A stretch of DNA of 64,000 bases from an uncultured delta proteobacterium (lineage in GTDB: Bacteria; Myxococcota_A; Polyangia; Haliangiales; Haliangiaceae). Where the stretch lies: assembly GCA_963848295.1 (NCBI GenBank), contig CAWKDB010000010.1, positions 2,304,001 to 2,368,000 on the forward strand. Reading direction: 5' to 3'. Below the pieces are notes generated by a model that saw only the letters and a list, made by a program, of their open reading frames with translations, was not told the origin of the DNA and did no database searches. How positions within the stretch are numbered: the stretch's first letter is position 1; each line of letters opens with the position of its first letter. Shown one piece after another: positions 19,344 through 32,169 of this stretch. Both the position numbers and the translations under genes were made by a program.

Positions 19344-22041
19344 ATGAATGGCTTCACTTCACGCCTCGCACTCACGGCGCTGATCGCGCTCGCAATCGCC
19401 GGCTGTAACGCTTCGCCCAACGCCACGAGCTGCCCGAGCGGCATCATCTGCCCGGCCGGCACGACCTGCGCTGCGGTCCAACCCGTGTGCATCACGAACC
19501 TGTGCGGCAACGGCATCGTCGATCCGGGCGAGACCTGCGACGACGGCAACATCATGGACGGCGACGGCTGCTCGCATGACTGCTTGTCGAAAGAGGTCTG
19601 CGGCAACGGCGTTCGCGATCCGGGCGAGCTGTGCGACGACGGGGTCGACGGAGTCACCGCGAACGGCAAGTGCTCGACGGACATGTCGAGCTGCAATGCC
19701 GACAGCGATTGCCCGGGCGGCACGTGCAAGCCCGACGGCTGCTCGGCCGACTGCAAGTCGCTCGAGACCTGCGGCAACGGCATCGTCGACGTCGGCGAGG
19801 TCTGCGATGACGGCGGCACGGCAAACGGCGCGTGTGGCGACGGCACGCCATGCAACGCCGACGTGGATTGCGCGAGCGGGGCGTGCTCGCCTGACGGTTG
19901 CTCGTCGAACTGCTTGTCGAACGAGACATGCGGCAATGGCATCGTCGATCTGGGCGAGAAGTGCGACGACGGCGGCGCCCCGGGTGGCTGCGAAGACAAC
20001 TGTCAGGCCGGCATCGGCTGTGGCAACGGTCAGATCGATCCGGGCGAGGAGTGCGACGACGGCAACACCAGCGACACCGACGACTGCCCGAGCAGCAATA
20101 CGGCGAACGGCGGCAAGTGCCAGATCGCGGTGTGCGGCGACGGCTTCGTCGACAGCGCGACCGGCGCGCATCACGAGGACTGCGACGGCGGCTCCGGCGG
20201 CCACCCCGCGTACACCGCGACGTGCAACCTAGACTGCACGACCGCGCGCTGCGGCGACGGCAAGGTCGATCCGCTGTTCATCGTCGTCTCGACCGGCAAG
20301 GGCGAGCAGTGCGACGACGGCAACAGCATCAACGGCGACGGCTGCGACAACAACTGCACGATCCCGACGTGCGGCAACGGCATCATGGACCCGGGCGAGG
20401 CCTGCGACGACGGCAACCAGGTCGACGGCGACGGCTGCGACAACAACTGCACCATCCCCGGCTGCGGCAACGGCATCGTCGACGGCACCGAGGCGTGCGA
20501 CGACGGCAACATGACGAACGGCGATGGCTGCGACAACAACTGCACGATCACCGGATGCGGCAATGACATCAAGGACCCCGGCGAGCAGTGCGATGACGGC
20601 AACAGCGTGAACGGTGACGGCTGCGACAACAACTGCACGATCCCGGCGTGCGGCAACGGCATCATCGACGGCACCGAAGCCTGCGACGACGGCAACTTGC
20701 TCGACGGCGACGGCTGCGAGCACGATTGCACGATCGCGAAGTGCGGCAACGGGATCAAGGACCCGGGCGAGGCGTGCGACGACGGCAACAAGGTCAACGG
20801 CGACACCTGTGACAACAACTGCACCGTGCCGGCGTGCGGCAACGGCATCATCGACGGCACCGAGGCCTGCGACGACGGCAACTTGCTCGACGGCGACGGC
20901 TGCGAGCACGATTGCACGATCGCGAACTGCGGCAACGGCATCAAGGATCCGGGCGAGGCCTGCGACGACGGCAACAAAGTCAACGGCGACACCTGCGACA
21001 ACAACTGCACGTTTCCGACCTGCGGCAACGGCGAGCTCGACGGTACCGAGGAGTGCGACGACGGCAACAACACCGACGGTGATGGTTGCGAGCACGACTG
21101 TACGATCGGGAAGTGCGGCAACGGCATCAAGGACCCGGGCGAGGGTTGCGACGACGGCAACAGCGACGATGCGGACGACTGCCGCAACGACTGCACGGTC
21201 GCGAAGTGCGGCGACGGCGTCACCGATCTAGAGACCGGCGCGAAACACGAGGTGTGCGACGACGGCAACACCACCACCGAGACCGCGTGCGTGTACGGCG
21301 AGCAGAGCTGCACCGCGTGCAGCGCGAACTGCCAGACCGTGCTGAACCTGACCGGCCCGTACTGCGGCGACGGCAACACCGACCCTGAAGAGTCATGCGA
21401 CGGCGGTGGCCCACCCCCGACCGCATGTGACTACGGCGTCCCGACGTGCAACCCGTGCAAGGCCGACTGCTCCGGCACCGAAACGCTACACGGCAACACG
21501 TGCAACGACGGCGTGGTCGATCCCGACGGCCACGAGGTGTGCGACGACGACAACGCGACGTGCGGTAGCTGTAGCGCCGACTGCTCGACGATCCTGAGCG
21601 CGTCGCCGACCGGGATCATCGGCGCGGTCGCGGGCGGCGATGTCACCGACGGAGAGACGATCACGCTCGGCGACGGCGAGCACGCGGCGACCGTGTTCGA
21701 GCTCGACGACGACGGCAGCGTCAGCGGCAGCCACGTCGCGGTGACCTTCACCGGCACCGACACGCCGACCGTGGTCGCGACCGCGCTCGCCAGCGCGATC
21801 CAAGGCGTCGGCGGCGACGCTCGTGATCTCCGCCGCGCACGCCGGGAACGTCGTCACGCTGACGAGCTCCCTCGAATCGACCGCGGGCAACGTCGCGATC
21901 GCCCACACGACGGCATCGCCCGAGTGGACGTTCGTCGGCATGGCAGGCGGCGGCGGCGGGAACTGCGGCAACGGCCAGAAGTGCACGTCGACCTCGGATT
22001 GCATGCCACCGTTGACGTGCGGATCCGGAACCTGCCACTAG
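19344..22041 (+). CDS. Myxococcus Cys-rich repeat (DUF4215) lipoprotein, frameshift at ~21820
   Basis: Lipobox IAGC; many CGNG..D.GE.CDDGN..GDGC repeats; ends in ORF 21823..22041. Confidence 0.88.
20370..21210 (+). repeat. Intragenic tandem 93-nt (31-aa) Cys-rich repeats with a 186-nt higher-order duplication
   Basis: Near-identical blocks starting at 20643 and 20829. Confidence 0.85.
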
Positions 22042-22065
22042 CGTCGCCGTGTTATACGGCTGCGC

Positions 22066-22834
<769 letters not shown>

Positions 22835-22863
22835 GTCGCTCCGGCGACCTCCGCCTGCGGTGA

Positions 22864-25680
22864 TCACGGGTGCTTCTTGAGCCACTCGTCGCTCGCCTTG
22901 ACGTTGCCCTTGAAGTTCGGGCCGAGCTTCTGAAACGCCGCCTTCGCCTCGGTCATCAGCGTGCGCGCCCGGGCCTTGTCGCCGTGGGTCTCGACGAGCG
23001 AGCGGGCGAGCACGTTCTTCGTCATCGCGACTTGTTGGATCATCGATTCGTCGCCCAGGTCGGCTAGCGTCGCCTCGGCGAACTTCCGTGCATCCGCGAA
23101 GCGCTTCGCGTTGTACGCGACGATCCCCATCGCGGTGCCGGCGGCACTCACTCGCTTGTCATGATTGCTCGCGAGGATGTCGCGCGCCTGGCCGAGGATC
23201 CGCAGCGATTCGTCGACGCTGTCCTCGGACCTGATCTGACCGTAGTTGAGTAGCAGGAAGGCAAGCTCCAGCGAGTTCGGGCCCGATCCCTTCGTGACGA
23301 GCTCGACCGCGTGCGCGAAGTGCTCGAGCGCTTTGGCGTGCTCGTCATTCGAGTTCTCCATCATCGCGATCGAGGTGTGCAAGCCGGCGATCGTGACGAG
23401 CTGTTCCGGCCGTGATTCGTCCGTCATCGCGAGCGCCTGCTCGAACATCGCGATCGCGTCCTTAGTCTTCCCTTCGGCTTCGATGACGTACGCGAGATTA
23501 TCGAGCGCGAGCGCGACCTTGAAGTGATGGTCGCCGTAGACTCGACGAATGATGTCGAGCGCGTGCTCGGCGTCGGCGTGCGCCTGCGCGAGCTCGCCGC
23601 GCATGACCTCGTCGTGCGCGCGCACGTCCAGGTAGGTCGCGACCTGCGGATGATCCGGCCCGAGGTCCTTGGTCCGGTCGGCGATGATCTGATCGAGGAC
23701 CTCGGTGTTCTCTTTGGTCTCGCCGAGCGGGGTCAGCGCCTCGATCAGGCAGTCGCGCGCGTCGTCGATCTGGGTGTGGCTGTCGAGGCGCAGCGCGTCG
23801 GCATACGCGGCGTGACACGCCACCGACCCATCTCGCCACTTGCGAGCGTGGACCAGCCCGCGTGCGGTCGCGATCTCGGCGCCGACGACGAGCTTGCGAT
23901 CACCGGTACGCGCGGCCGCGGCCTTCGCGAGCGGGGACAGCGTCTCGAGCGCATCCAGCGCGTGCTCCGTGCCCGACGCCTGCGCGGCGAGCGCGAGCGC
24001 ACTTGCAGCAGCTCGATCGAGGTGTTGCCCGATGGCGAGCTCCGCGGCATGCACGAGGTCCTTGCGCGCCGGCTCGATCAGCGCCACCTTGCTGCGCCCG
24101 AGCACCGAGTACGCGTGCGCTTGCAGCGGGACGTAGCCGAGCTCGTCGGCACGCTTGACGATCGCCGCGGCCGCATCGCGGGCGCCGCGATAGTCGCCGG
24201 TGATGCCACGGACGAGCGCGGCGTCGAGCTTGAGCTCGAGTTGGCCGACCTCGGCCGCGATCGCGGGCGGGACCATCGGCAATGCGGACATCTCCGTCGA
24301 GTCCGCGCAGTCGCCGAGATCGGGCAATCCGTCGCCGAGTTGGCTCGCATTGTCGACGAGCTCCGGCGACACGTCGCCCGTGACCGCGGTGACGAGCACG
24401 CGCAACGCGTCGAGGCGCGAGTCGAGACACGCCCGCTTTCGCACGACGAGCTCGGGGGCAGCGCCGGTCGAAGCGCGCTCGGCCTTGCAGACGTCGCTCG
24501 TGATCGACTGCCAGCGCGTCGAGTAGCGATCGACCGCGGCGTCGAGCTGGTCCGACGCGAGCTTGGCATAAGGCCGCTTGGTCGCGGCGAACCTCGCGGC
24601 CACCGCGGTCTTTTGCATCGCGGACCACGTCGCACCGATTCGATCAGCCGCGACGCGGTCGCAAGTCACCGTGGCGGGCTGTTCGTGGCGCAATGCGAGG
24701 TACACCGCCGCGGCGCCACCTGCCGCGGTGAGCGCGCCGAAAGTCACCACGAGCGGCCAGATCCGGCGCTTCGCCGGAGGTGCGAGCTCGGCGATCAACG
24801 CGGTCATCGACGGCCAGCGCTTGGCCGGATCGCGCGACAGCCCGCGAATGATCGCATCGAGGGCGCGCCGCGGCACCCGGTTGCCGCGCGGCGGCGGGAT
24901 CAGATCGCCATCGTAGATCGCATAGCCGATCGCAAAAGGAGACATCGAGCCGCGATCGCCGACGATGTAAGGATGTTGGCCGCCGAACAACGCCTCCCAC
25001 AACGCGACGCAGAACGAGAACTGATCGCTCGCCTCGTTCGCCGGTTGCAACGCGTGCTGCTCCGGTGACATGTATGCCGGCGTGCCCATGATCGAACCCA
25101 TCCGCGTCACGCCGCGCGGCCCCGGATCGACCGTGCGCGCGAGCCCGAAGTCGGTCACCGCGACTCGGCCACGGCGATCGATCAGGACGTTGCTCGGCTT
25201 GAAGTCGCGGTGAACCAATCCGACCGCGTGTGCTGCGGCGAGCCCGCGTCCCGCCTCGACGAACCACCCCATGATCTGCGACGTCGGAGGCCGGCGGCGC
25301 GCGAGCGCTCGGGCCAGATCCTCGCCGTCGATGTACTGCATCGCGAGGAACACCTGGCCGTCGATCTCGCCGGCGTCGTAGACCGCGACGACGTGCGGAT
25401 CATCGAGCTTCGCGAGCGCCTGCGCTTCGAGCCCGAGCCGCTCGGCCGCCTCGGCGTGCGTCGAGTGCAGGAGCTTGAGCGCGACCCGGCGATCGAGCAG
25501 GCTGTCGTGCGCGAGGTAGACCACGCCCATGCCGCCGCGCCCGAGCACGCTCTCGACCGTGTAACGCCCGAGATGCGTGCCACGCTGGAGATCGATGCGG
25601 CGCTCTCCGGTGAAGCCCGTACCGGGAGTCGTCGCATCGGCGACGCCGATCGTCGTCTCGTACCCGGGCGAGCTCTTCAC
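22864..25680 (-). CDS. Ser/Thr kinase with TM and C-terminal TPR repeats
   Basis: [32 protein letters not shown] TPRs; GTG start at 25680 (the ORF track fuses it to the MocR gene). Confidence 0.9.
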   Translation of the reverse strand: MKSSPGYETTIGVADATTPGTGFTGERRIDLQRGTHLGRYTVESVLGRGGMGVVYLAHDSLLDRRVALKLLHSTHAEAAERLGLEAQALAKLDDPHVVAVYDAGEIDGQVFLAMQYIDGEDLARALARRRPPTSQIMGWFVEAGRGLAAAHAVGLVHRDFKPSNVLIDRRGRVAVTDFGLARTVDPGPRGVTRMGSIMGTPAYMSPEQHALQPANEASDQFSFCVALWEALFGGQHPYIVGDRGSMSPFAIGYAIYDGDLIPPPRGNRVPRRALDAIIRGLSRDPAKRWPSMTALIAELAPPAKRRIWPLVVTFGALTAAGGAAAVYLALRHEQPATVTCDRVAADRIGATWSAMQKTAVAARFAATKRPYAKLASDQLDAAVDRYSTRWQSITSDVCKAERASTGAAPELVVRKRACLDSRLDALRVLVTAVTGDVSPELVDNASQLGDGLPDLGDCADSTEMSALPMVPPAIAAEVGQLELKLDAALVRGITGDYRGARDAAAAIVKRADELGYVPLQAHAYSVLGRSKVALIEPARKDLVHAAELAIGQHLDRAAASALALAAQASGTEHALDALETLSPLAKAAAARTGDRKLVVGAEIATARGLVHARKWRDGSVACHAAYADALRLDSHTQIDDARDCLIEALTPLGETKENTEVLDQIIADRTKDLGPDHPQVATYLDVRAHDEVMRGELAQAHADAEHALDIIRRVYGDHHFKVALALDNLAYVIEAEGKTKDAIAMFEQALAMTDESRPEQLVTIAGLHTSIAMMENSNDEHAKALEHFAHAVELVTKGSGPNSLELAFLLLNYGQIRSEDSVDESLRILGQARDILASNHDKRVSAAGTAMGIVAYNAKRFADARKFAEATLADLGDESMIQQVAMTKNVLARSLVETHGDKARARTLMTEAKAAFQKLGPNFKGNVKASDEWLKKHP

Positions 25681-25715
25681 CAGTGTGAGTATAACGCTGC
25701 GACGGCGGCGCGCAT

Positions 25716-27142
25716 TCACTCCGTGGCGACGAGCTTCGCAAGCCGGCGAATCGCGTCGGAGATCCGCTCGGACCAAGGGGCTCCGGCCGAAATCCGCACG
25801 AAGCTCGCGAACCGCGACCGCGCCGAGAACAGCGGGCCGGGCGCGACCACGATGCCGCGACGCAGCGCCGCGTCGTGCAGTGCGAGCGCGTCGCAGCCTG
25901 GCTGGCAGCTCGACCCACAACACGTAGCCGCCGCGCGGTGCCGCGACGCGCGTGCCCTCCGGAAACTGGCTCGCGATCGCGTCGTGATAACGCGCGACGT
26001 TGCCGGCAACCGCCGCGCGCAACCGGCGCAAATGGCGATCGTAGCCGCCCGACGCCAGGAATTCGGCGACCGCCATGCCTGGCAACGCAGGGCACGCGAG
26101 CGACTGACCGTACTTGAGTCGCACGATCTGACCGTGCCAGCGCCCACCGGCGACCCAACCGACGCGGTAGCCGGGGGCCAGCGTCTTCGAGACGGAGCTG
26201 ACCAGCACGACGTGGTTGTCTTCACTCGCCCCGGCGTAGCCGCGCAGCAGGCGCGGCCGCGTGCCGTCGAACACGAGCTCGCCGTAGACGTCATCCTCGA
26301 TGATCGCGATCTCGGCGCGCCTCGTGATCCGCACGAGCTTCTCGCGCTCGTCCTCCGGCATGATCGCGCCGAGCGGATTCGACACCGTCGGGCTGACCAC
26401 GACCGCGCGAACCGGCTGCGCGCGAATCGCCTCTTCGAACGCCGCGACATCGAGCCCGGTGCGCGGGTGCGCGGGAATCTCGAGCGCGCGCAACCCGAGG
26501 CTCTCGATGCCTTGCAGCACGCCGAAATACGCCGGCGATTCGACCGCGACGACGTCTCCGGGCTTCGCGATCGCGCGGAGCGCGAGGAACAGCCCTTCGG
26601 TCGCGCCGATCGTCGTGCACAGATCGTCCTCGGCGAGGGCCGCGCCCGCTTCGACCGCGCGACGCGCGATCTGGCGACGCAGGGTCAACAACCCCGGCGC
26701 TGGCTTCGTAGCGAGCACCGACGCTCGACATCTCGCGCGTGATCTGAGTGAGGCTCCGGCTGAGCTGGGCGATCGGGAGGTACGACGCGTCGATCGTCGC
26801 GCAGCCGAGGGGCACGAGCTCGGGGTCGCGCATCGCCTCGAGGATCTTCGTGTACGCGTCGCTGACCGTCACGCGCGACGGCCGCTGACACGCGCGCGGA
26901 GGCCGCGGTTCCGCGGTGGCTCGCGAGCGCCGTCGAACAAAGTGTCCGGATTTCGGACGAACTTCGATCACGCCCGCGTTCTCGAGCCGGAGATAGGCTT
27001 CGAGCACGGTCGACACGCTGATGCTGCGCTCGCGCGCGAGCCGGCGCACCGATGGCAAACGATCTCCGGCGCGCAACGCACCGCGATCGATCGCCGTTCC
27101 GAGCTCGTCCGCCAGGTTCTCGTAGAGGAAGCCGGACTCCAT
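25716..27142 (-). CDS. MocR/GntR PLP-dependent transcriptional regulator, frameshifts at ~26715 and ~25900
   Basis: GDRLPSVRRLA wHTH; IIEDDVYGEL, SVSKTLAPGYRVGW aminotransferase domain. Confidence 0.9.
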
Positions 27143-27213
27143 GCCATGAAGTGTATCGATCACGTCCGCGATCGACCAGCACAGATCATTTCGCTCGGAA
27201 CCGGAACAGTCGG

Positions 27214-27255
27214 TCTGTACTGGTGGCAACCCGAGACTCGTGGTTCTGTACCGGT
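27214..27255. promoter_or_regulatory. Probable MocR operator: TCTGTACYGGT x2, 31-bp period
   Basis: 27214-27224 and 27245-27255, between divergent MocR and EamA genes. Confidence 0.5.
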
Positions 27256-27281
27256 TCGCCGTGGCGACCGACCATTCGGAC

Positions 27282-28182
27282 ATGGTGACGACAGCTGCTC
27301 CGGTCGCACGGGCTCGCACCCCCACCGATCCGCTCCTGATCGCGAGCCTGACCGCGGTGTTCGTGATCTGGGGCTCGACGTACCTCGCCGCGCGGATCGC
27401 GGTGCGCGAGCTACCGCCGTTCACGACCGCGTGCATGCGGTTCCTCACCGCCGGCTCGGTCATGCTGCTCGTCGCGATCCGCCGCGGTGCGAAGCTGCCG
27501 CCGCTCCGCGATTGGTTGCGGGTCGCGCCCGCCGCGTTCTTGCTGTTCGTCTGCGGCAACGGCTTCGTCGTCACCGCCGAGACCTCGATCGCGTCGAGCG
27601 GCGCCGCGATCGTGTGCGCGATGATGCCGCTGTGGATGGGCGTGCTCGGAGCGGTGAGCGGCCAACGGCCGACCCGCGCGCGAGTGGCTGTCGCTCGTGG
27701 TCGGCTTCGTCGGCGTCGTCGTGCTCGTCGGCGGTCCGTCGCTCGCCGGCGATCGCATCGATATCGTGTTGCTCCTGTTGTCGCCGCCGTCGTGGGCGCT
27801 CGGCTCGCTGCTCGCGCGTCGCGTGAAAGATGTCGGTGGCGAGCACGCCGGGCTCGTCGGCCCGGCGCTGCAGTTGCTCGTCGGCGGTGCGATGCTCGCG
27901 CTCGGCGCCCGCTTGCGCGGAGAGCACATCCCGGCCGGCGTGTCAGCGCACGCGTGGCTCGCGGTCGCGTACCTCGCGGTCTTCGGCTCGCTCGTCGGGT
28001 TCACCGCGTACAGCTGGCTACTGCGCAACGCGCGGCCGACCGTCGCGACGAGCTACGCGTACGTCAACCCGGTGATCGCGGTGATCATCGGCGCGGCGCT
28101 GTACGGCGAGCCGATCGGCGTCTCGACGATCGTCGCGAACGTGCTGATCGGCGGCGCGGTCATGCTCGCGCTGCGCAAGTAG
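27282..28182 (+). CDS. EamA/DMT transporter (YedA-like), frameshift at ~27680
   Basis: IWGSTYLA, GSLVGFTAYSWLL, SYAYVNPVIAV. Confidence 0.9.
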
Positions 28183-28226
28183 CCGGCGGCGCGAGCTCGC
28201 GAGCGATCGCGCTGGGCCCGTAACGC

Positions 28227-28862
28227 TCAGTAGCCGATATCTTGAATCGTGCGGACGATCGCGTCATCGGTCGCCGCGGCGACAAGGAACTCGGCGACAT
28301 CGGCGTGCGACAGGCTCTTCGCCACGCTGAGCGCGAGATCGACGCCGGTGCGGTAACCGCCTTTCGCGGGCTTGCCGGTGAGCGCCGGCGGCCTCACGAT
28401 CACCCACTCGAGCGTGCTCGCTCGAATCGTCGACTCGGCGATCCGCTTGTCGTCGCACAGCGCGCGATTCATCGAGCGATAGATCGCGGTCGCGGTGCGG
28501 TTGAACAGCGACAGCGCATGGCCATCGCCGACCATCAGGCCGCTCTCGAACACGAAGCGTTTGACGCCCGCTTTCTCGCACGAATCGACGATGTTGCGAA
28601 CGCCGACCGAGATCAGCGTACCCGGGCGGCGGTTGTTCGCCGGGCCGATCGCGGACAGCACGGCGTCGGCGCCTGCGACCGCAGCATCGATCGACGCGCA
28701 GTCGAGCACGTCGCCTTTCATGATCTGGAGCCGATCGTGGGTTGTCTTGATCACCTCGGGCTTGCGCGCGACCGCGACCACGCGATGCCCTGCCGCCAAC
28801 CCACACTCGACGATCTGCTGCCCCGTCCCACCGGTGGCGCCAAACACCACGATCTTGCGCAT
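28227..28862 (-). CDS. NAD(P)-binding oxidoreductase (flavin reductase-like atypical SDR)
   Basis: VFGATGGTG, WVIVRP, SHADVA. Confidence 0.88.
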   Translation of the reverse strand: MRKIVVFGATGGTGQQIVECGLAAGHRVVAVARKPEVIKTTHDRLQIMKGDVLDCASIDAAVAGADAVLSAIGPANNRRPGTLISVGVRNIVDSCEKAGVKRFVFESGLMVGDGHALSLFNRTATAIYRSMNRALCDDKRIAESTIRASTLEWVIVRPPALTGKPAKGGYRTGVDLALSVAKSLSHADVAEFLVAAATDDAIVRTIQDIGY

Positions 28863-28938
28863 CTAGGAGTTGTACAGCGGAGCTAAGCGCGTTGGGTGTC
28901 AACTGGCGCGCGCACTCGGGTTTAGCTACCCTCTCGCC

Positions 28939-30108
28939 ATGTTCCGCCGGCACCTTGCAGTCGCACTTACGCTCGCGGTCGTCGCGTGTGGTGGCCAGCC
29001 GAAGCAGGTCAAAGTCGTCAAGCCGGACACCAAGCGCGAGGCTCGAACGCTGCTGAGCGAAGCCCGTGACGACGCGAAGAACGGCGAGTACGACGCGGCC
29101 GACAAGGCCTACGCCGATGCGTACGGCGTCGCGAAGGACTTCGACATTCTCGAGGAGCGCGTCGACTTTCTCGTCCACGCCGGGCGCGCCACGAAGGGCG
29201 TCGCAGCGGCGAAGGGCTACTACGACGCGAACGTCAGTGACACGAAGGGCTATGCGCTCTACGCCGAAGCGCTGATCGCCTCCGGCGACGGCAAGACCGC
29301 GCTCGAGGTCTCCGATCAGCTACTGCAACTCAGCTCGGACGATCCGGTCGGGTACGAGAAGCGCGGCCGTGCGCTCCTCCTGCTCGATAAGAGCGACGAA
29401 GGCATCGAGGAGCTGCGCAAGGCGCTCAGGCTCGACTCGAAGAGTGCGACCTACCACATGGCGCTCGGCACCGCGCTCGACGGGCTGCATCACGTCGAAG
29501 AGGCGCAGCTCGAGTTCCGCGCCGCACTCAATGCTGCACCGGACGATGCCGACGCGAACGTCGCGCTCGGCATGGCGCTGCGCGAGCTCGGCGAGCTCGA
29601 TGAAGCGAAGACCTACCTCGACAAGGCGCTCACGCTCGACGCGAACAACGGCCGCGCCCACTTCGAGCTCGGGTTGTTGTTCAACCGCGAAGGCAAGCAG
29701 CCGGAGGCCGAGCGCGAGCTGTCGCTGGCGATCCAACGCTCGCCGAACGAGTCGCTGTTCTGGTACGCGTACGGCGAGATCTTCAGACTCCAAGACCGCA
29801 CCGATGAGGCGGTCTCGGCCTACAAGAAAGCGACCGACCTCGATCCGCCGTACCCGAAGGCACTCGAGAAGCTCGGGGCCATGTACGTCGCGCGCAAGCA
29901 ATATGACGACGCCGAAGTCGTGCTGACAAAAGCCGTGCGCAGGTTGCCGCTCGAGCCGTCGAACTACTTGAACCTCGCGACGCTCTACGCCGCGAAGCAC
30001 AAGAACAGGCAGGCGATCGACAACTACGAAAAGTTCCTCGAGCTCGCGCCGAAGAACGACGCCGACCGCGGCCGCGTGCGTGAAGCGATCAGCTTGCTAA
30101 AACGTTAG
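28939..30108 (+). CDS. TPR-repeat lipoprotein
   Basis: Lipobox VVAC; many TPR repeats. Confidence 0.88.
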   Translation: MFRRHLAVALTLAVVACGGQPKQVKVVKPDTKREARTLLSEARDDAKNGEYDAADKAYADAYGVAKDFDILEERVDFLVHAGRATKGVAAAKGYYDANVSDTKGYALYAEALIASGDGKTALEVSDQLLQLSSDDPVGYEKRGRALLLLDKSDEGIEELRKALRLDSKSATYHMALGTALDGLHHVEEAQLEFRAALNAAPDDADANVALGMALRELGELDEAKTYLDKALTLDANNGRAHFELGLLFNREGKQPEAERELSLAIQRSPNESLFWYAYGEIFRLQDRTDEAVSAYKKATDLDPPYPKALEKLGAMYVARKQYDDAEVVLTKAVRRLPLEPSNYLNLATLYAAKHKNRQAIDNYEKFLELAPKNDADRGRVREAISLLKR

Positions 30109-30729
30109 GCGGTACTCCGGCGGGATCTGGTCGGCCGACTCGATCACCACGCCGAGATCGCGTAGCAGGCCATCGCGCAGCGAGTAGATCCAGCCGTGGA
30201 TCGTCAGGGCTTGCCCGCGTTGCCACGCGTCCTGCACGATCGTCGTGTGGCCCAGGTTCGCGACCTGGGTCTCGACATTGAGCTCGCACAACCGATTCGC
30301 GCGCGCGACCGGGTCGACGATCGCGGAGAGCTCCTCGCGATGCCACAGGTGGATATCGCGGATGTGGCGCAGCCAGTTGTCGATCAAGCCGAGCGGTTGT
30401 GAAGCCATCGCCGCGCGCACGCCACCGCAGCCGTAGTGACCGACGACGACCACGTGCTTGATCCGGAGTACGTCGACCGCGTACTGCAGGACCGAGAGGC
30501 AGTTGACGTCGGTGTGCTCCACGATGTTCGCGACGTTGCGGTGCACGAACAGCTCGCCAGGGGCGCGACCGATGATCTCGTTCGGTGGCAATCGACTATC
30601 GGAGCACCCGATCCACAGCAGATCGGGGCTCTGCAGATCCTCGAGCCGCTTGAAGAAGCCCGGGTCGTTAGCCGCCGCCTTGTGGGCCCAGCGGCGATTC
30701 GCTGCGAAGCAGTCGTCGAGCAGGTTCAC
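30097..30729 (-). CDS. can: Beta-class carbonic anhydrase
   Basis: WIGCSDSR, HRNVAN, GHYGCGGV. Confidence 0.93.
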   Translation of the reverse strand: MNLLDDCFAANRRWAHKAAANDPGFFKRLEDLQSPDLLWIGCSDSRLPPNEIIGRAPGELFVHRNVANIVEHTDVNCLSVLQYAVDVLRIKHVVVVGHYGCGGVRAAMASQPLGLIDNWLRHIRDIHLWHREELSAIVDPVARANRLCELNVETQVANLGHTTIVQDAWQRGQALTIHGWIYSLRDGLLRDLGVVIESADQIPPEYRLTF

Positions 30730-30746
30730 GCCTGCGATGTACCACG

Positions 30747-32078
30747 TCAGAGCATGCCTTGGCCGCGAACCGCGATCAGGTGCTCGGGCCGGCGGTCGCC
30801 GCCGATCGCGCCCTCTTTGTAGAACGTCTCGCTGTAGTTCAGCTGGAGCTTGAAGTAGCGGTTGAAGTACCAGCTCGCTCCGACCGTGACATCCCGAGCG
30901 ACTCGGACCGATGACGTCGCGCTCGTGATCTTCGTGTCGAAGGCATCCGGATCGAGCTCGAGTGCGCCGTACCGGGCCGCGAGCTCGACCGCTCCCCACC
31001 GGCCGTGCCTCGGATCGAACGGATGCACCGGCCGGATCGCGGTGTAGCTCGGATGATCGCCGGGCGTGACCGCGACGCTCACCGCGACCTGCCAGGCTTG
31101 GTCGACGATGCCGGTGTGCGTGCCGCCGAGCGCGATCGGTTCGTGATCGCGAACGTACTCGGCGAGCACCCCGATCGGGCCGCCGTAGTAGTAACCGTGG
31201 ATGGTCTGGCGCGTGCGATAGCCTTCGGCGTGCGCGGTCGTATCGATCGTGTCGGTCGCGCCGCCGCCGGCGTACTTCACGATCGTCTGCTGGCCGTCGC
31301 TCTTGATCGAGGTCAGGCCGGGCGCCGCGAGCGTGCCGTGGGTGTAGCCGAACGTCGTCGCCGCGCCGATCGCGAGATCGCCGAGGCCGGCGAGACCTGG
31401 AGCCTTGAACGGCGAGAACGAGACGTGAAGATCGTACTCGAGCGCGTTGTCGGTCTCGGCTTCGAGCGCGGTCGTGTTGTCGGGAGCGCCGTCGACGATC
31501 GCACCGGAATAAGCGAGGACGCCATGAAACAGCTCGCCGCGCAACGCGACGCCGAGGTCGCGATCGGGCGAGATCTGGGTCGCGAACGAACGTTCGATGA
31601 ACGCGAGATAGGTATCGGACTGCAGCCGCTCGATCCCGAACTGCGCCTTGTCCTTGCCGAAGCGCAACGAGACCTCGGGCACACCGACCTCGAGGTACGC
31701 GTTCTCGACCACGAGCTTGCTCGAGGCGAAATCGAGCAACGTGTAGAGCTTGAAGTAGTCGTACGCCTTGCCGGCGAGCTCGGCGCGCAGCCGCCGGATC
31801 GTCAGGTCGTGACTGCCGCTGTCGTTCGTGAACGCGCGACCGTCGGCTTGGATGTTGCCGCCCGGCGTCAGCTGCAGCGGAACGGAGCTGAGCGGCTCGA
31901 TGCCTTGCGGCGCGGCGATCGGACGGTCGACCGACGTTGGCGGCTCGGGCGGCTCTGGCGCGTCTCGCGGCTGCGTCACATCCGGCGGTGGGCCATCGGG
32001 TGGCGCGGGTTGGGCCCTGACAGCGCCCGAGACGACGACGAGCGCGAGTGCGAATGCGACACGACTGAACCAGGCCAT
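30747..32078 (-). CDS. OprO/OprP-family anion-selective porin
   Basis: Signal peptide; IRRLR, FIERS, DRDLGV, WGAVELAARY, C-terminal beta strand. Confidence 0.85.
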   Translation of the reverse strand: MAWFSRVAFALALVVVSGAVRAQPAPPDGPPPDVTQPRDAPEPPEPPTSVDRPIAAPQGIEPLSSVPLQLTPGGNIQADGRAFTNDSGSHDLTIRRLRAELAGKAYDYFKLYTLLDFASSKLVVENAYLEVGVPEVSLRFGKDKAQFGIERLQSDTYLAFIERSFATQISPDRDLGVALRGELFHGVLAYSGAIVDGAPDNTTALEAETDNALEYDLHVSFSPFKAPGLAGLGDLAIGAATTFGYTHGTLAAPGLTSIKSDGQQTIVKYAGGGATDTIDTTAHAEGYRTRQTIHGYYYGGPIGVLAEYVRDHEPIALGGTHTGIVDQAWQVAVSVAVTPGDHPSYTAIRPVHPFDPRHGRWGAVELAARYGALELDPDAFDTKITSATSSVRVARDVTVGASWYFNRYFKLQLNYSETFYKEGAIGGDRRPEHLIAVRGQGML

Positions 32079-32095
32079 GACAAGCCTCTGTCACC

Positions 32096-32159
32096 GCCTC
32101 CGGAGCTCCGGTCGGCGATCACGAGCGATCGGTTCGATGCCTCTCGTCTTCGAGTCGGC
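32096..32159 (-). promoter_or_regulatory. Two tandem 21-nt hairpin motifs GCCGA-N4-loop4-N4'-AGGC
   Basis: Minus strand GCCGA CTCG AAGA CGAG AGGC (32139-32159) and GCCGA CCGG AGCT CCGG AGGC (32096-32116); stems covary. Confidence 0.65.
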
Positions 32160-32169
32160 GGAACAGCGG

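Noticed and set aside
20370..21210. CRISPR-like periodicity
   Set aside because: Coding 93-nt Cys repeats with synonymous variation; no unique spacers or cas genes.
22864..26718. 1284-aa aminotransferase-kinase-TPR 'fusion' in the ORF track
   Set aside because: A frameshift at ~25900 runs the MocR frame into a separate kinase gene; MocR has its own C-terminus and stop at 25716.
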